Of a DNA stretch of 64,000 bases, positions 53,030-64,000 are shown in pieces. The DNA comes from the human T2T-CHM13v2.0 reference genome, Homo sapiens: assembly GCF_009914755.1 (NCBI RefSeq), contig NC_060947.1. One strand, given 5' to 3'. The notes below the pieces were generated by a model. It was not told the DNA's origin. It ran no database searches and worked only from the letters and a program-made list of their open reading frames with translations. How positions within the stretch are numbered: position 1 is the stretch's first letter; each line of letters opens with the position of its first letter. Both the position numbers and the translations under genes were made by a program.

Positions 53030-53360
53030 AAGCAGTCATCATAAGTTGACAGCCTGCACACTTCTGCAGTGGGTTCACAGATAATTCTTGTTTGGTCCTT
53101 GCACAGTGTTAAAATATATTTTTTAGATTAGTTGCTAACATTTAAAAGTTGAGAGAGATTTTGCATTAAAAAAATCAGGATTGCTGGATTTTTGGGGAGA
53201 ATCAAAAGCTTTGGCAACCCTGGATTATCATTTCTACATGACAAGCATTCACTGAGACTGAGTCGTGGCTCCCTCATCCCACAGGGCAAACTCTCTCCAC
53301 TTTGTCACAGTCTCCGCCAGGCCTGCCTTGTCACTTGCTTGGTCCTTTGAGCATTTGCGC
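53030..53360. mobile_element. MER102 (hAT-Charlie)
   Basis: ATTAGTTGC.AACATTTAAAA..TGGCAAC.CTGG..CTGAGT.GTGGCT..TTTG.CACAGTC. Confidence 0.72.
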
Positions 53361-54159
53361 TCAAAATCCCCGGCATGAAAACAATGACTATCAACCTTTC
53401 TTGAGCATGAGATCCCAGTTTAAACAGAAAAAAATAAATAAATAAATAAAAGTTTACCAATCTCTGTCTTCCTTGCCAGCCAAAAATCTCCAAGGGCAAG
53501 CCCAGAGTATCATTCCTTTTTGGAGCCTCCCCAGATCATAGCACAATGACTAGCTCATAATGTGCCCTCAGGAAATTTCTAGGGTAAGGAGGTCATGACA
53601 ACTGCTTTATTATTAGAGTTAGTGCTATGTTGATCTGTAGGAAAGTTCTATGAATTGGGAATCAACTTCATTAGACTTCAGAATTGCAAATCCTATTAAC
53701 TCCTAACTGAATGGAAAATCAAAAATGTGCACCTACAAGATGCTAAACAACTGTGGGAAAAATGTGTCATTGAGCAGATGCTTTGAATATATGTGTAGAT
53801 GTTTCTAGTTGTGTAGATACATGACTACTCCAGGGTGGACAAATTTCTCAGAGTATGGGGCACTCATATGAGGTGCCTGCTTCCTTGTGACTATGGCCTG
53901 AAAACTGCCATTTTCAATTTTCCAAGTTATTCCCTTTGGAAGTAATTTAGCAAAGGATGCCAGGTATGTGTTTGGGAGAATGGAGAAGTTTGGAGGATAT
54001 ATTCATCTACAGCAGCCTTTCGCCTCCTCTGAACTTTTCCAGCAGTTATTCTTTGTATTATTTCTGGGTTACTCACATTTGCAAAATTTGAGAATATTAC
54101 CCAATATCATATTGTGGATGTGGAATGGGGGTCCAGAGAGACTTGCCCAACGTATCTGA

Positions 54160-54300
54160 CTCCCCGTTTGTGAATTTCATGTGTCTTCATTGAATGACAA
54201 AGCTCCTTGAGGGCAAGGACTGAGCCTTATCATGTTTGTACCTGTCCCGGAATCTAGATGGTGAGTCTTGCATGTAGTGGGTGCTAAGTTAATTTGAGTT
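54160..54300 (+). mobile_element. LINE-2 3' tail fragment
   Basis: AAGCTCCTTGAGGGCAAGGACTG..CATGTAGTGGGTGCT. Confidence 0.6.
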
Positions 54301-55289
54301 CTTGTGGGAGCTGTGACATTTTCAGACTGACTTGGGATATAAAGGATACTTTGATTTCCTTGTCAGGCTCTCATTTCAAGACGAGAGACCTTCAGCATGA
54401 CTGCATATTAGGCTTTTCAACTGAGCCCAAGCCAAGTACTTGGCGGCAAATAAAATGGCCACCGCAGAGATGCTTTTTGAAAAGAACTTGATTCTATTTT
54501 TAAAGGCTTTTTTTGGAGGTGCAGAGGAGACAAAATATTGCTCTTTTTTCTCTTGTTGGTGATCCTATAGGTGTTTCTTTAAGAAAATACTGCACACAAA
54601 ATTTGAAGGCTCCAAAATTATCTAACTCATTAGATTTAATGAAATCCAGGAGAGAGTACTTCCGGAGTCCTGAGGCCTTTCATATTGTCCTTTACCTAAT
54701 TCTTTACAAGTTATTTTTCAGCTAGTAAGTGCCAAAAATACGCACATCTGCAGAAAGTGAGTACGTTTTCCTCTACAATATGACAATGCTATCTGACAGC
54801 TGTTAGAACTTGAAATTCAGGGGCTTGCAAAGTAATTCTTCAAGTGTAGCTTATTTCCAAAAAAAATTTCAGTGTTCTGTTTTCTTCTTTTCATTGAATT
54901 TCATTTAACATTTTTCTTTCACAGAAATACTTTTGTGATTCTATAGTCATTATGTACGTGCTTTCTGGTCTTATGCTTTGTTAATAATTTATTTTTATTA
55001 TCATAGGATATTTTTGTACATTTAATGCTGAGACAACATAAACATGGTATGTATAAATGTTGTTTTGTTTTTAAAAAGTGTCAGGAAACTATTGCATTTT
55101 TATTCTCCATCACATTTGGTTTTTGGAGCTTCCCTCTCCAAACTGTTTCCTGTAGGAACTGCTGAGAGATGCTGAGAATTGTGACTCAGTGCTATGGTAC
55201 ATTCACAAATTAACTACCTTCCAAAATTGCAGAAATCACTAGAATCCAGAAAGTTATTTTTTCCCCCACAGGAAGCATCATTCTACTTT

Positions 55290-55570
55290 TAGTCAAATAA
55301 GCAGGGTTCCAGCTGTAGCTCTGCCCTTCAAACTACAGAGAATTTCAGAAGGTACTTATCTTCTCTAGGCCTCAGTGTCCTCATCTATGAAATGAAGAGT
55401 CAGAACAGGGACTTTATAGATGAGGCTTCAGTGTCCTCATCTATAAAATGAAGAATCAGAACAGGACTCTAACTCATATGATTATTGTGAACATTGAATG
55501 AGCAAATGCAGGTAAAGTGCTTTGCCCAGTGCCCAGAACAATAGATAGCATTTTAAAGTTATTATTATCA
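55290..55570 (+). mobile_element. MIR with internal duplication of the core
   Basis: GGCCTCAGT.TCCTCATCTAT.AAATG twice; 3' TAAAGTGCTT.GC.CAGTGCC..TATTATTAT. Confidence 0.75.
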
Positions 55571-56369
55571 GCAATAACGTTTGATTCCTAGTTCAGGCCT
55601 AAGTGGTGCTTGCAACTCTGATCCGAAAGGGCGGGAAGAAAAAGAAGTGGCTTCTCTGGCTGGCGCTATAAAAAGATATGAGGCTTTCAGAAGCAGTGAG
55701 TCCATAACCCACCTCTCTTATCCCCAGAGGAGCGACAAGAGACAAGCAGGCCTGCATAAAACCACCCTTCATTGCTGCAAAACAAGCCTAAATAGCTCCA
55801 GGTTACAGCTACTGAAACTAACAGAGTGGTAGGTTATAGCAACAGCTGGCCTGCCTAGACTCCTCCTTCCCACTTTAGCTAACTATCTTTAAGGCAGCAA
55901 AGAGGTGGGACTCTTTCTGTAGCCATAAAGCCATCAAACACTCAACATAAATGTTTTTCTGGGAAGAGATTATCTTGGGAATGAAAAAGGGCAATCTTTG
56001 TCATTTATCATTTTGTTAAGCATCCTTGAAGACCATGGAAACAGTTTTCCCTCAGTAGCTGGAAAGAACTTCAGCATATTTTCATTCTTAAGAATAAAAG
56101 TTATTTTAGAGTTTAAAAAAGAATCTTCGTTTTCCAGCCAATCAATACGAGAATAATTTTTGATTTAGAAAATATATGCTGCAATTGGAAGTGGCTTTGG
56201 TATGCCTGGGCATTTTGCCTCCCTGTCCTCATCTTGATGAGTTCTGTAATTATATGTCTTTCAAATGCAAACTGGCACCTCTAGGCCTTTGAGTACAGTC
56301 CAGATGCCAAGTATATCTTGCCTGGAAAAAGAAAATGAGAGAAGTGGCAAAAAGGATAATTAAAACTAA

Positions 56370-56620
56370 TACTAGCAGCCATTCACTGGACATTTGCCTT
56401 GAATCAGGTACTACAATAAATGGCTTTCATTAATTCTTATTTAATTATCCTAACAGCTGTATGTTCTAGGAACTAATATCTTCATTTTACAGATGAGAAC
56501 ACCGAGGCTTAGAGAGGTAAAATGACTTTCCCAAGGGTCGTATGGGTAGTAAGTAATAGAAATGGAGATTCATACCCAGGCTACTTGCACTCTTGTGCCC
56601 ACGCTTTTAACCATTGTACC
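56370..56620 (-). mobile_element. MIR
   Basis: CATTTTACAGATGAGAA.AC.GAGGCTTAGAGAGGT.AA.TGACTT.CCCAAGG. Confidence 0.85.
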
Positions 56621-56819
56621 ATATTCTTCTTTGGTAAATAAAAATATTGGAACCATGGCCTCATGAAATTAGTTTACGGTTTTCATCTCTCATCTTTGTC
56701 TTAGAGTATGTTGACCTCACTCGTTTGAGTGAAGAGGGAGAAGGTGGTGAAAACTTGAGGCTAGAAGCCTTACTCAAGTCAGGGCAAGCAAACCCCCTTA
56801 CTTTATCTCGGAACCTCTG

Positions 56820-56869
56820 AGTTGCTCTACTGGCTTCAAATGGCTTTAAGTTGCTCTACTGGCTTCAAA
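56820..56869. repeat. 21-bp direct repeat, period 29
   Basis: AGTTGCTCTACTGGCTTCAAA twice, linker TGGCTTTA. Confidence 0.9.
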
Positions 56870-56879
56870 ATGAGGTTTT

Positions 56880-57290
56880 ACAGAGAAACAGATTTAGTAT
56901 CAAATCCTGCCTCACTACTTGCTAGCTTTGGGGGCCTCATCAAGCCTCCTGACCCACAGTCTTTTCTTCTGTAAAAGGGGTTACCTTCTGCCCCACAGGA
57001 CTGGTGCAAAAATTTAAAAAGACACTGCACATAAGAGAGAGTATGGAGAACCCCTTAGAGACCAAACTACAGCATTAGACAGCCTGAGTTTGAATCACAG
57101 CTTCCCTGACTTACCAGTTGTCAGACTTGAGCTTTCATTGCCTCATCTATAAAATAGGGTATGTGTTGGGGGTGTTAATAATAACACCTACCTCATAGGT
57201 GCTGCTGTGAAGACTAAGTGGGTTAATACAGGTAAAGCCTTTAAACAGGGTCTGGCCCATAGTAAGTATCTTATAATTGTGCTATTATGC
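56880..57290 (+). mobile_element. Two adjacent MIR copies
   Basis: CAAATCCTGCCTC..CTACTTGCTAGCT; GCCTGAGTTTGAATC..CCTCATCTATAAAATAGGG..CCTACCTCATAGG. Confidence 0.7.
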
Positions 57291-58227
57291 AAGGTATAAA
57301 TGACACACACAAAGGCAGCTCTTATTGCTACAGTGTTGGCCACCAGTCCCACTTATCTTCAGGAATAGTTCCAGCCTACACAGTTGAGAACTCCTTTAAA
57401 CTAGACTCTTTAAACCTTGGCTTAGATTTTAAGTCCCAAGCAACTTGCTATAGTTTTCCCCAAGTATGGAGCATGGACTTTATGCCCAGTTACATCATAT
57501 CATTATGCCCAGGCAGAGGGAGCAAGAGGAGAGAATAAGAGTCTGTATCCCCAGGATTTTGATATATGCTGGGGCAGAGGGGCAGGAAAAGATATTAAAG
57601 TCATCCTGGAGGAGCTCTCTCTGGAATTGTGGTGGCTTCCCATCCACGAGATTTCCAGAAACAGAGCTGTTTTAGCATCCTGGCACTTGTTTCCTTCCTC
57701 TCAGGCCTCCTGCAGGACCTGGGAAATGGTCCCTTTCTCCTAAAAGGCACAAGATGGGTTGCACAGAATGATCTGAAGGCTGTGTAACATTCACCCTAGA
57801 CTGGATTCCCTGCATAGGGATGGAGTGGAGAGGAGTGCTGAGGATGACAGGGGCAGCTTTTCATTCTGGTATAGAAATCTTTCAGAGGGATGCTTTGTGG
57901 TTTAAGGCTGGGCCATGTCGCTGTTGCCATGTTAGGTACTGACTGGCTGCCCACCTGGACAGATTGTAATCTCCGTAAGTACAGAGACCGAGTCAGTTCA
58001 GCACCATACATCAAGGCCAGTGCTTGGCTCACAGAAAATAAATGTTTATTGAATGAAAACTGTGTTCTCTTGCTCAGAAAGGCTGGGGAACCTATGGGGA
58101 GGGAATGGTTTGCAGGAATACTCTCAGAGTACATACATTATTCTTCCCCAAAACTGGGGGTGGGGAGGGCATTAAATTCCATGATCCATTGGTTATCTCA
58201 GTGCCAACTTAGACAAAAATCTTTCCT

Positions 58228-58289
58228 CAAATCTTCCTTCTCTCTTCAGCTTTTCTACCAAATCTTCCTTCTCTCCTCAGCTTTTCTGC
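58228..58289. repeat. 31-bp tandem duplication (2 mismatches)
   Basis: CAAATCTTCCTTCTCTC(T/C)TCAGCTTTTCT(A/G)C twice. Confidence 0.9.
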
Positions 58290-58659
58290 CAGACAAAGAC
58301 AATTTATGGCCACTATTGTTTTTCCTCAGTTTGGGTTACAAGGTTTTTTTTTTTTTTTTTGTCAATTTTCTTCTTCCTACAGAAACTTGATTGCAGCTGG
58401 GTATAGCATTTATGTAAATTTCAAGTGCCACTCCTGTTTGTCTCTGGGTTAACCTAATGGTTTATGTTAATCTCAATCAGGTCTGCCACTCAGACCTCTT
58501 ATCCCCTTCACCTTTCACCTAATTGCCAATTTTCCTTGAGGACCAGGCTATAGAAGCCCTGTCTATCTCTTCTTCCCCTTGCTTCATTCATTTCTTCTCT
58601 GCTGTATATTCCATCTGATTGTTCCCTGGAGCAGTGAGTGGATGATTTCATGTGTTCCT

Positions 58660-59045
58660 GACACATGATAACTACATGCAACCGCCATGAAACTGTGCTT
58701 CCCAAATGGTCTATGTACACGGTCACATGGCAATAACAGGGACAGATCTCCCAAACACAATGTTGAGTGAAAGAAGCCTGACACAAAAAAGGAGCATCTT
58801 ACAAGATGCCATTTCTATGAAGTCCAAAACCAGGCAAAATTAATCTGATTAACCTGCGGGCAGTGTAGGGGGGCAGGGGAGGCAGTGAGTGGGAAGGGGA
58901 AGTGAAGGTGCCTCTGGAGTATTGGTCATGTTCTGTTTCTTGATCTGGGTGCTGGTTACAAGAATGTGTTCAATTTTTGAAAATTCATCAAACTGAACAC
59001 TTATCATTTGTGCACATTTCTGTATGTAAGTTATACTTTAATGAA
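58660..59045 (+). mobile_element. L1ME 3' end
   Basis: AATGTTGAGTGAAAGAAGCC.GACACAAAA..TGTTCTGTTTCTTGATCTGGGTGCTGGTTACA..AAAATTCATCAA. Confidence 0.8.
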
Positions 59046-60289
59046 TATTTCCCCAAAGAGGGGTCTATTGAGCCTCCACTATGTATGAATTCCCTTGCTG
59101 GGTGATATTAGGGATTATTTTCCCTTCCAAAGAGATTAAAAAAATAAAACCCGAAACAGGCAAAAGACTCTTTGGGTTTCTTTTTGATGGTTAGGTTGAC
59201 TACAGGCAAACCCTAGTTCATTTCTAGGCTTTTCCACAGACTCTTCCAAGTCCTTTTCAGCCCACCTCATCCTCCCTTGCTCAAATCCTTTCTTTTCCAC
59301 TAAGTGTTGTTAAATATCCTCTCTTCCCTTGCGCTGATATTTATCAATTTCTACTGAATTTGACTTGACTCCTTAACTTTAAACTCTGAAAAAGCAAGGA
59401 CTAAGTCGAGATATTTTGTTGTAAATACAGTACAGCATGACACAGGGCTGGGTACAAATGCCCAATTCATTGGGGTCTATTTTGTCCTGCAGCTATGAAT
59501 TGAGCCTTTGTACCCAGGAAGGGAAGCATTTCCAGGACAAGGAGAGAAGGTTCTTCCATGATCAAGATAGATTTGATTTTCTTTACACTTCCATTTCTAG
59601 ACCTACCCAATATATTCTACGCTTTCACGTGTAACTCATGACCAGTAGTTTTCCAAATTTCACACTGGCATAACGTGGTCTCTCCCTTGAATTAAATCCA
59701 GTAACTCAAATACCTGTCCAGATTTGGTGGGGCTGTCACTTTAAAGAATCAGTAGACCCTGGACATTTTTGGATATAACATTCACAACTTCAACTATGTA
59801 TGAGTGTGTCTTAAAGGCTCATGACATGTAGAAATTTGTAATTTTGCTGAGGCATAAATTTGAACTGCACACACTTCAAGGCTGGTGTGATGGAACAATT
59901 GGCTTTGCAAAAGTGTGATGGTTCTTAGGAGGAAAATAGAAGTTTTATGCAGGAAATTATATGCCGATTATGTAATTGTGGGATTTGTGAATTGGAGAGG
60001 AGTTGGAGGTGAAGTTTTCTGTATGCCCTTCCTGAATGTCAAGGGTTCGTTGTACTTGAATTTCCTCACCATAATAGTCAGAGATTTGGTTCTTAGCTCT
60101 TTGTTACTTTTTAGCATTCATTTGATTAAACCTTTCCTAAATGCACGGCATACAACTAAATACTTTTTGAGAGGTGGAAAGAGATCCAGAATAAAATAAT
60201 CAGCTTTTTTATAAGGAAAGAGAGGGAAACAGAAAGCGAGAGTATGAGAGGGAGAGGGAGAGAGAGAGAGAGAGAGCAAGGAATGACAT

Positions 60290-60470
60290 TGAGGGTCAAG
60301 AATTTTGGTTTTTAGTCCCACCTTTGCACTGAAATCTAGCTGAACTGACTAACTTTGTGACTTTGGGCAGGTTATTTTCTTTTTCTAGTCCTTAGTTTTC
60401 CTATCTATAAAGTGAGGGGGTTGGAGCACATTATCTCTTAGGTGCTTCCAGACATGACATTATAGAAATT
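60290..60470 (+). mobile_element. MIR3/MIR
   Basis: ACTAACTTTGTGACTTTGGGCA.GT..AGTTTTCCTATCTATAAA.TGAGGGGGTTGGA. Confidence 0.7.
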
Positions 60471-61049
60471 TATGACCTAAAGCTGCATTTCTGTTTTCAT
60501 TTCAAGCTCTGTTCTCAGTGATGCCCTCCAGAAGAGATTTATAAATGTCATTACTGAGTATCCATTGAGATAAAGCCATCAGAACACGAGGCTGCACTCA
60601 CAAGTACTTTTTAACCCCAGGAAAGCTTTGGACAGCTCCTAAGGCAAAATTGCATTTAAATACACAAACAACCAAATGAACAAATGATTCACATATTTTC
60701 ATCAATTTGGAAATGGAATCTTTTTAAAAATTCTTGGATTTTCTTTTGACTGCAAAAAGAGAAACATTTTTGTACTTGTTGTTATTTCTTCTGAGTTCTA
60801 ATGTTTAGTTTCTGGAACTAGAAAAATAGACCAAGGATCTGCTCCTTATTTCAGGAGTCTCAGTGAATGGAGTGAAGTGGCCCAGAAAAGTTGCTGCCTC
60901 AGGAATTGGGTGTGGAAGGTGGGGATGTTGTCCAACTTGGAATCACAAATGAGATAGAACTGGAGAAAATAATAGAACATTTTCTCTCACTAGATGGGGG
61001 GAAAAATTGAAGTTTAAAAAAGAGAAGTGACTTCTGTTCAACATTTATT

Positions 61050-61580
61050 TCAAAAATATGTATGGATACACAACAGAATACTATTAAGCCATAAAAAAGA
61101 AGGAAATCCTGTAATTTGTGACAACATGGATGAACTTGGAGGAAATTATGCTAAGTGAAATAAGCCAGACACAAAAAGACAAGTACCTCATAACCTCACT
61201 AATATATGGAGTCTTAAAACGTTGATCTCATAGAAGTAGAGAGTAGAATCATGGTTACCAGAGGCTGGGAAGCGGGGTAGAGGGGTTTTGGATAAATGTT
61301 TGTCAAAAGGTACACAATTTTAGTTAGATGGGAGAAACACATTCAAGAGTTCTATTGTACAACATAGTGAGTATAGTTAATAACGATACATTTTATTTTT
61401 GAAAAATGCTAACAGAGTAGATGTTAACAGTTCTCACCACAAAAATGATAACTATGTGAGGTAATGCATATGATAATTAGCTAGATTTAGTCAATTTTCA
61501 GTGTATATATACTTTAAAACATCACGTTGTACATGATAAATACATACAATGTTATCTGTCAATTCAAAATAATAAATTAT
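61050..61580 (+). mobile_element. L1MA(7-9) 3' end inserted in L2
   Basis: AGCCATAAAAAAGAAGGAAATCCTG..ATGCTAAGTGAAATAAGCCAG..TTCTCACCACAAAAATGATAACTATGTGAGGTAATGCATATG. Confidence 0.85.
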
Positions 61581-61639
61581 TTAAAATATATATGTAGATA
61601 GAGATAGATAGATAGAGATGCGGGGAGAGAGAGAGAGAG

Positions 61640-62150
61640 AGATAAGGTGCCTAATATGTGCCAGGGCCTGGGGATACAGCAGTGAACAAAACCTAACCTT
61701 ATGGAACTGACATTACAGTGATTGAGAGAGACTAACATTAATAAGCCACACAAATAAATGTAACAAGACCTAGGAAGAAGAGATACACAGTGCCTTGGGA
61801 GTGTAAAATGTGGTGCTTGACCTGGTCAGAAAAATCAGCCAATGCTTCCCTGAGGGAGTGATGGTATGCTGAGAGCTGAAGAATGAATAGGAGCTATCCA
61901 GGTGACAAGGTGACAGCAGTTCAAAGGCTGTGGCAAGACAGAACACAGTCCAAGGAATTGAAAGTGGGCCATTGTGACTAGAGAGGAGAGCATTCAGGAA
62001 AGGGTAGTGCAAGATCAGGCTGCAGCTGTGGGCAGGAGTCAGGCTGTGCAGGATCTTCGTCCTAAGAGCAATAGAGTCATTGGAGGGTTTTGAGAATGGG
62101 AAGGACATGGTTAGATTTGTGCTTTTACTCTGGCTACTATGGGGCTGAAA
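61640..62150 (-). mobile_element. LINE-2 3' region
   Basis: GTGCCTA.TATGTGCCAGG..GGGGATACAGCAGTGAACAAAAC; GCTTCCCTGAGG.AGTGA; CATTGGAGGGTTTT. Confidence 0.8.
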
Positions 62151-62589
62151 AGGAGATGTGGTGAGAGACAAGGCTGGAGGGAGTGTGGGTCCAGCTATGA
62201 AAGGGCTTGAACAACAGGTCAAGAAATTTGACTTAGTTCTGCTGGCATTGGGGACTTATCAAAAGCAGAGGGAGTAAGCTGGGTCCACACATGAAATCAA
62301 TTGTAAGAAAGTCTTGTGTGAACTCAACAAATATTATTAATATTTTGTAAACACCATGAAGGGGTAAATGAGAAATAGGTGCCCTGATCTTCACTCTCCA
62401 TATTCTGAAATTGGTAGCTGACCTAGAGAACCACTTAACATTCCTGGCCTTCATTTAATGAGAAGTATGATGCTATTTCCCCCAAACACTTAACTCACTG
62501 GAGAATATACCAAAAGTATAATTCACTTTTACATAACTCTAATTCCACGGGTATTTATGGAGCCCTTCTATGAGGCTAGTGGCTTGGTT

Positions 62590-63000
62590 CATAGTAGCAG
62601 TTATCTGATGCTGTATAGCAAATTATCCCAAAACTTAGCAGCTTAAGATACAACCACATTTGTGATCTTACAGTTTTTATGGGTCAGAAATTCAGGCATG
62701 GCTTGCTGGGTCCTCTGCTTCAGGGTCTTTCATAGGTTGCAATCAAGGTGTGAACCAGGGCTGGGATCTCATTTGAAGGTTGGACTGGGAAGGGATTTGC
62801 TCCCTTGCTCATGAGGTTCTTGGCAGAATTTGGTTTCTGGAGACTTATTGAACTGAGAGCCTCGGTTCCTTGCTGGCTGTTGGCTGGAGGCCAATCTTAG
62901 TTCCTTGCCCCGTGGGCCTCTCCATTATGGCAGCTTGCTTCATCAGAGTGTGGGAGCCAATGAAACAACAGGGAGACTCTTGACGCTTGCTCGGAGAAAC
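62590..63000 (-). mobile_element. MLT1E/F/G-type LTR
   Basis: TGCTGTATA.CAAATTA.CCCAAAACTTAGC.GCTTAA; GGGTCCTCTGCTTCAGGGTCT; GTGGGCCTCTCCA..ATGGCAGCTTGCTTCATCA. Confidence 0.8.
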
Positions 63001-64000
63001 TTTACAGTCTTCTTGTATGTAAGAAATAATTGGCAAACAAACTATATGACAGACTGTCATTAAATGCCCAAATGTATGATAATCGGCCACAGAGGATTCA
63101 TCGAGCTTGGATGAGGCTGGTTAGTGACACAGGGAGGGGGAAGGCATTCCAGATAACGGGTGTAGTGTGTGCAGTGATGTAGAGACAGGACAAGTATGGT
63201 GTTCAGAGAACAGTAAGGCCAGTGGCCTGGGTGGTGGAGTAGAGTACATGTTTTTGGGTGTAATAAAAAGCAGTTAGAAGCAAACAGCAGATTCCAAGTC
63301 TGTCTTCAAGATTTAAGGGCGAAACAGGGTTGTTTGAGAAAAGAATCATCATCTCTTCAATGATTGTTCCTGTCACTGTCTAAGAGCATGATCACGTGAC
63401 TGGTCCTCAAATGCATACATTTTGATGAACATATATACTTTGACAAGAATTGTGATTTTTAACATTTGCCATGTAATTTTATTTACATAATCATTGCTAC
63501 TTTAAGGATTTTTTTAGCATTCCCCTTTCAGAACAAAATAATTGAGTAGTAGGTCTGCCTTTTCTTACTTTATATTTTTTTGTTCTCAAATATAAGCAGG
63601 GGAGCCTTTTCTTGTTGTTGTATATGATTTCTCTTTGAGGTCAATATTAGAATATCCTTCCCTCATTTCTGATCCCTTAACCCTAAGCAGGCTCACCCCA
63701 CTTTCAATCCACAAGACTGTAAACTAATAAAATAGCTATCATTAATAAATAGTTGAAAATTATGGAGTTGGTGCACTTTATTTGTAGTTCTTTATGGGGA
63801 TTAAAAGTGATTTTGGGAAGTGACTTGCTTTTTCCAGACCCTAGCACAGTGGCACATAGCATCTGATAAATGAACCCAACAGATAACTGACTGAGTGCAA
63901 TACCAATGATTTTTAAATGTGACAAGGAATTTGACTTGGTCTGGTACAATTTTACCCAGTTCCTTCTGTAAAATGAAAAATCAATCCAGATATGGGTTGC

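Noticed and set aside
57890-58390. Longest ORF in the window (166 aa)
   Set aside because: Runs through an L2 tail, a tandem duplication and a poly-T run; no domain similarity and no splice context.
61770-62222. 150-aa minus-strand ORF
   Set aside because: Lies in L2 3' sequence; Ser/Pro/Leu-rich chance frame.

Overview
Human (hominid) non-coding genomic DNA, AT-rich and CpG-depleted. The species call rests on an intact AluYa5 at 44116-44443. I see no credible protein-coding gene, RNA gene, CpG island or CRISPR array, and the ORF track is explained by Alu/L1/L2/LTR remnants or chance. The window has a dense, nested transposon block at about 16.9-46.4 kb (old L1M with L1PA, HSMAR2, Alu, MLT and MER insertions). 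Two repeat-poor stretches (about 9.5-15.8 kb and 47.4-52.9 kb) carry homeodomain/PBX-HOX motif clusters and possible non-coding exons. The most interesting unexplained structures are a ~170-nt branched palindrome at 11608-11779, a diverged long inverted repeat at 3089-4507, an apparently inverted LTR end inside a TA tract near 39.2 kb, and a duplication with an inverted junction near 55.4 kb. Repeat subfamily names come from my recollection of consensus sequences, and boundaries of old elements are approximate. I found no convincing new multi-gene system.
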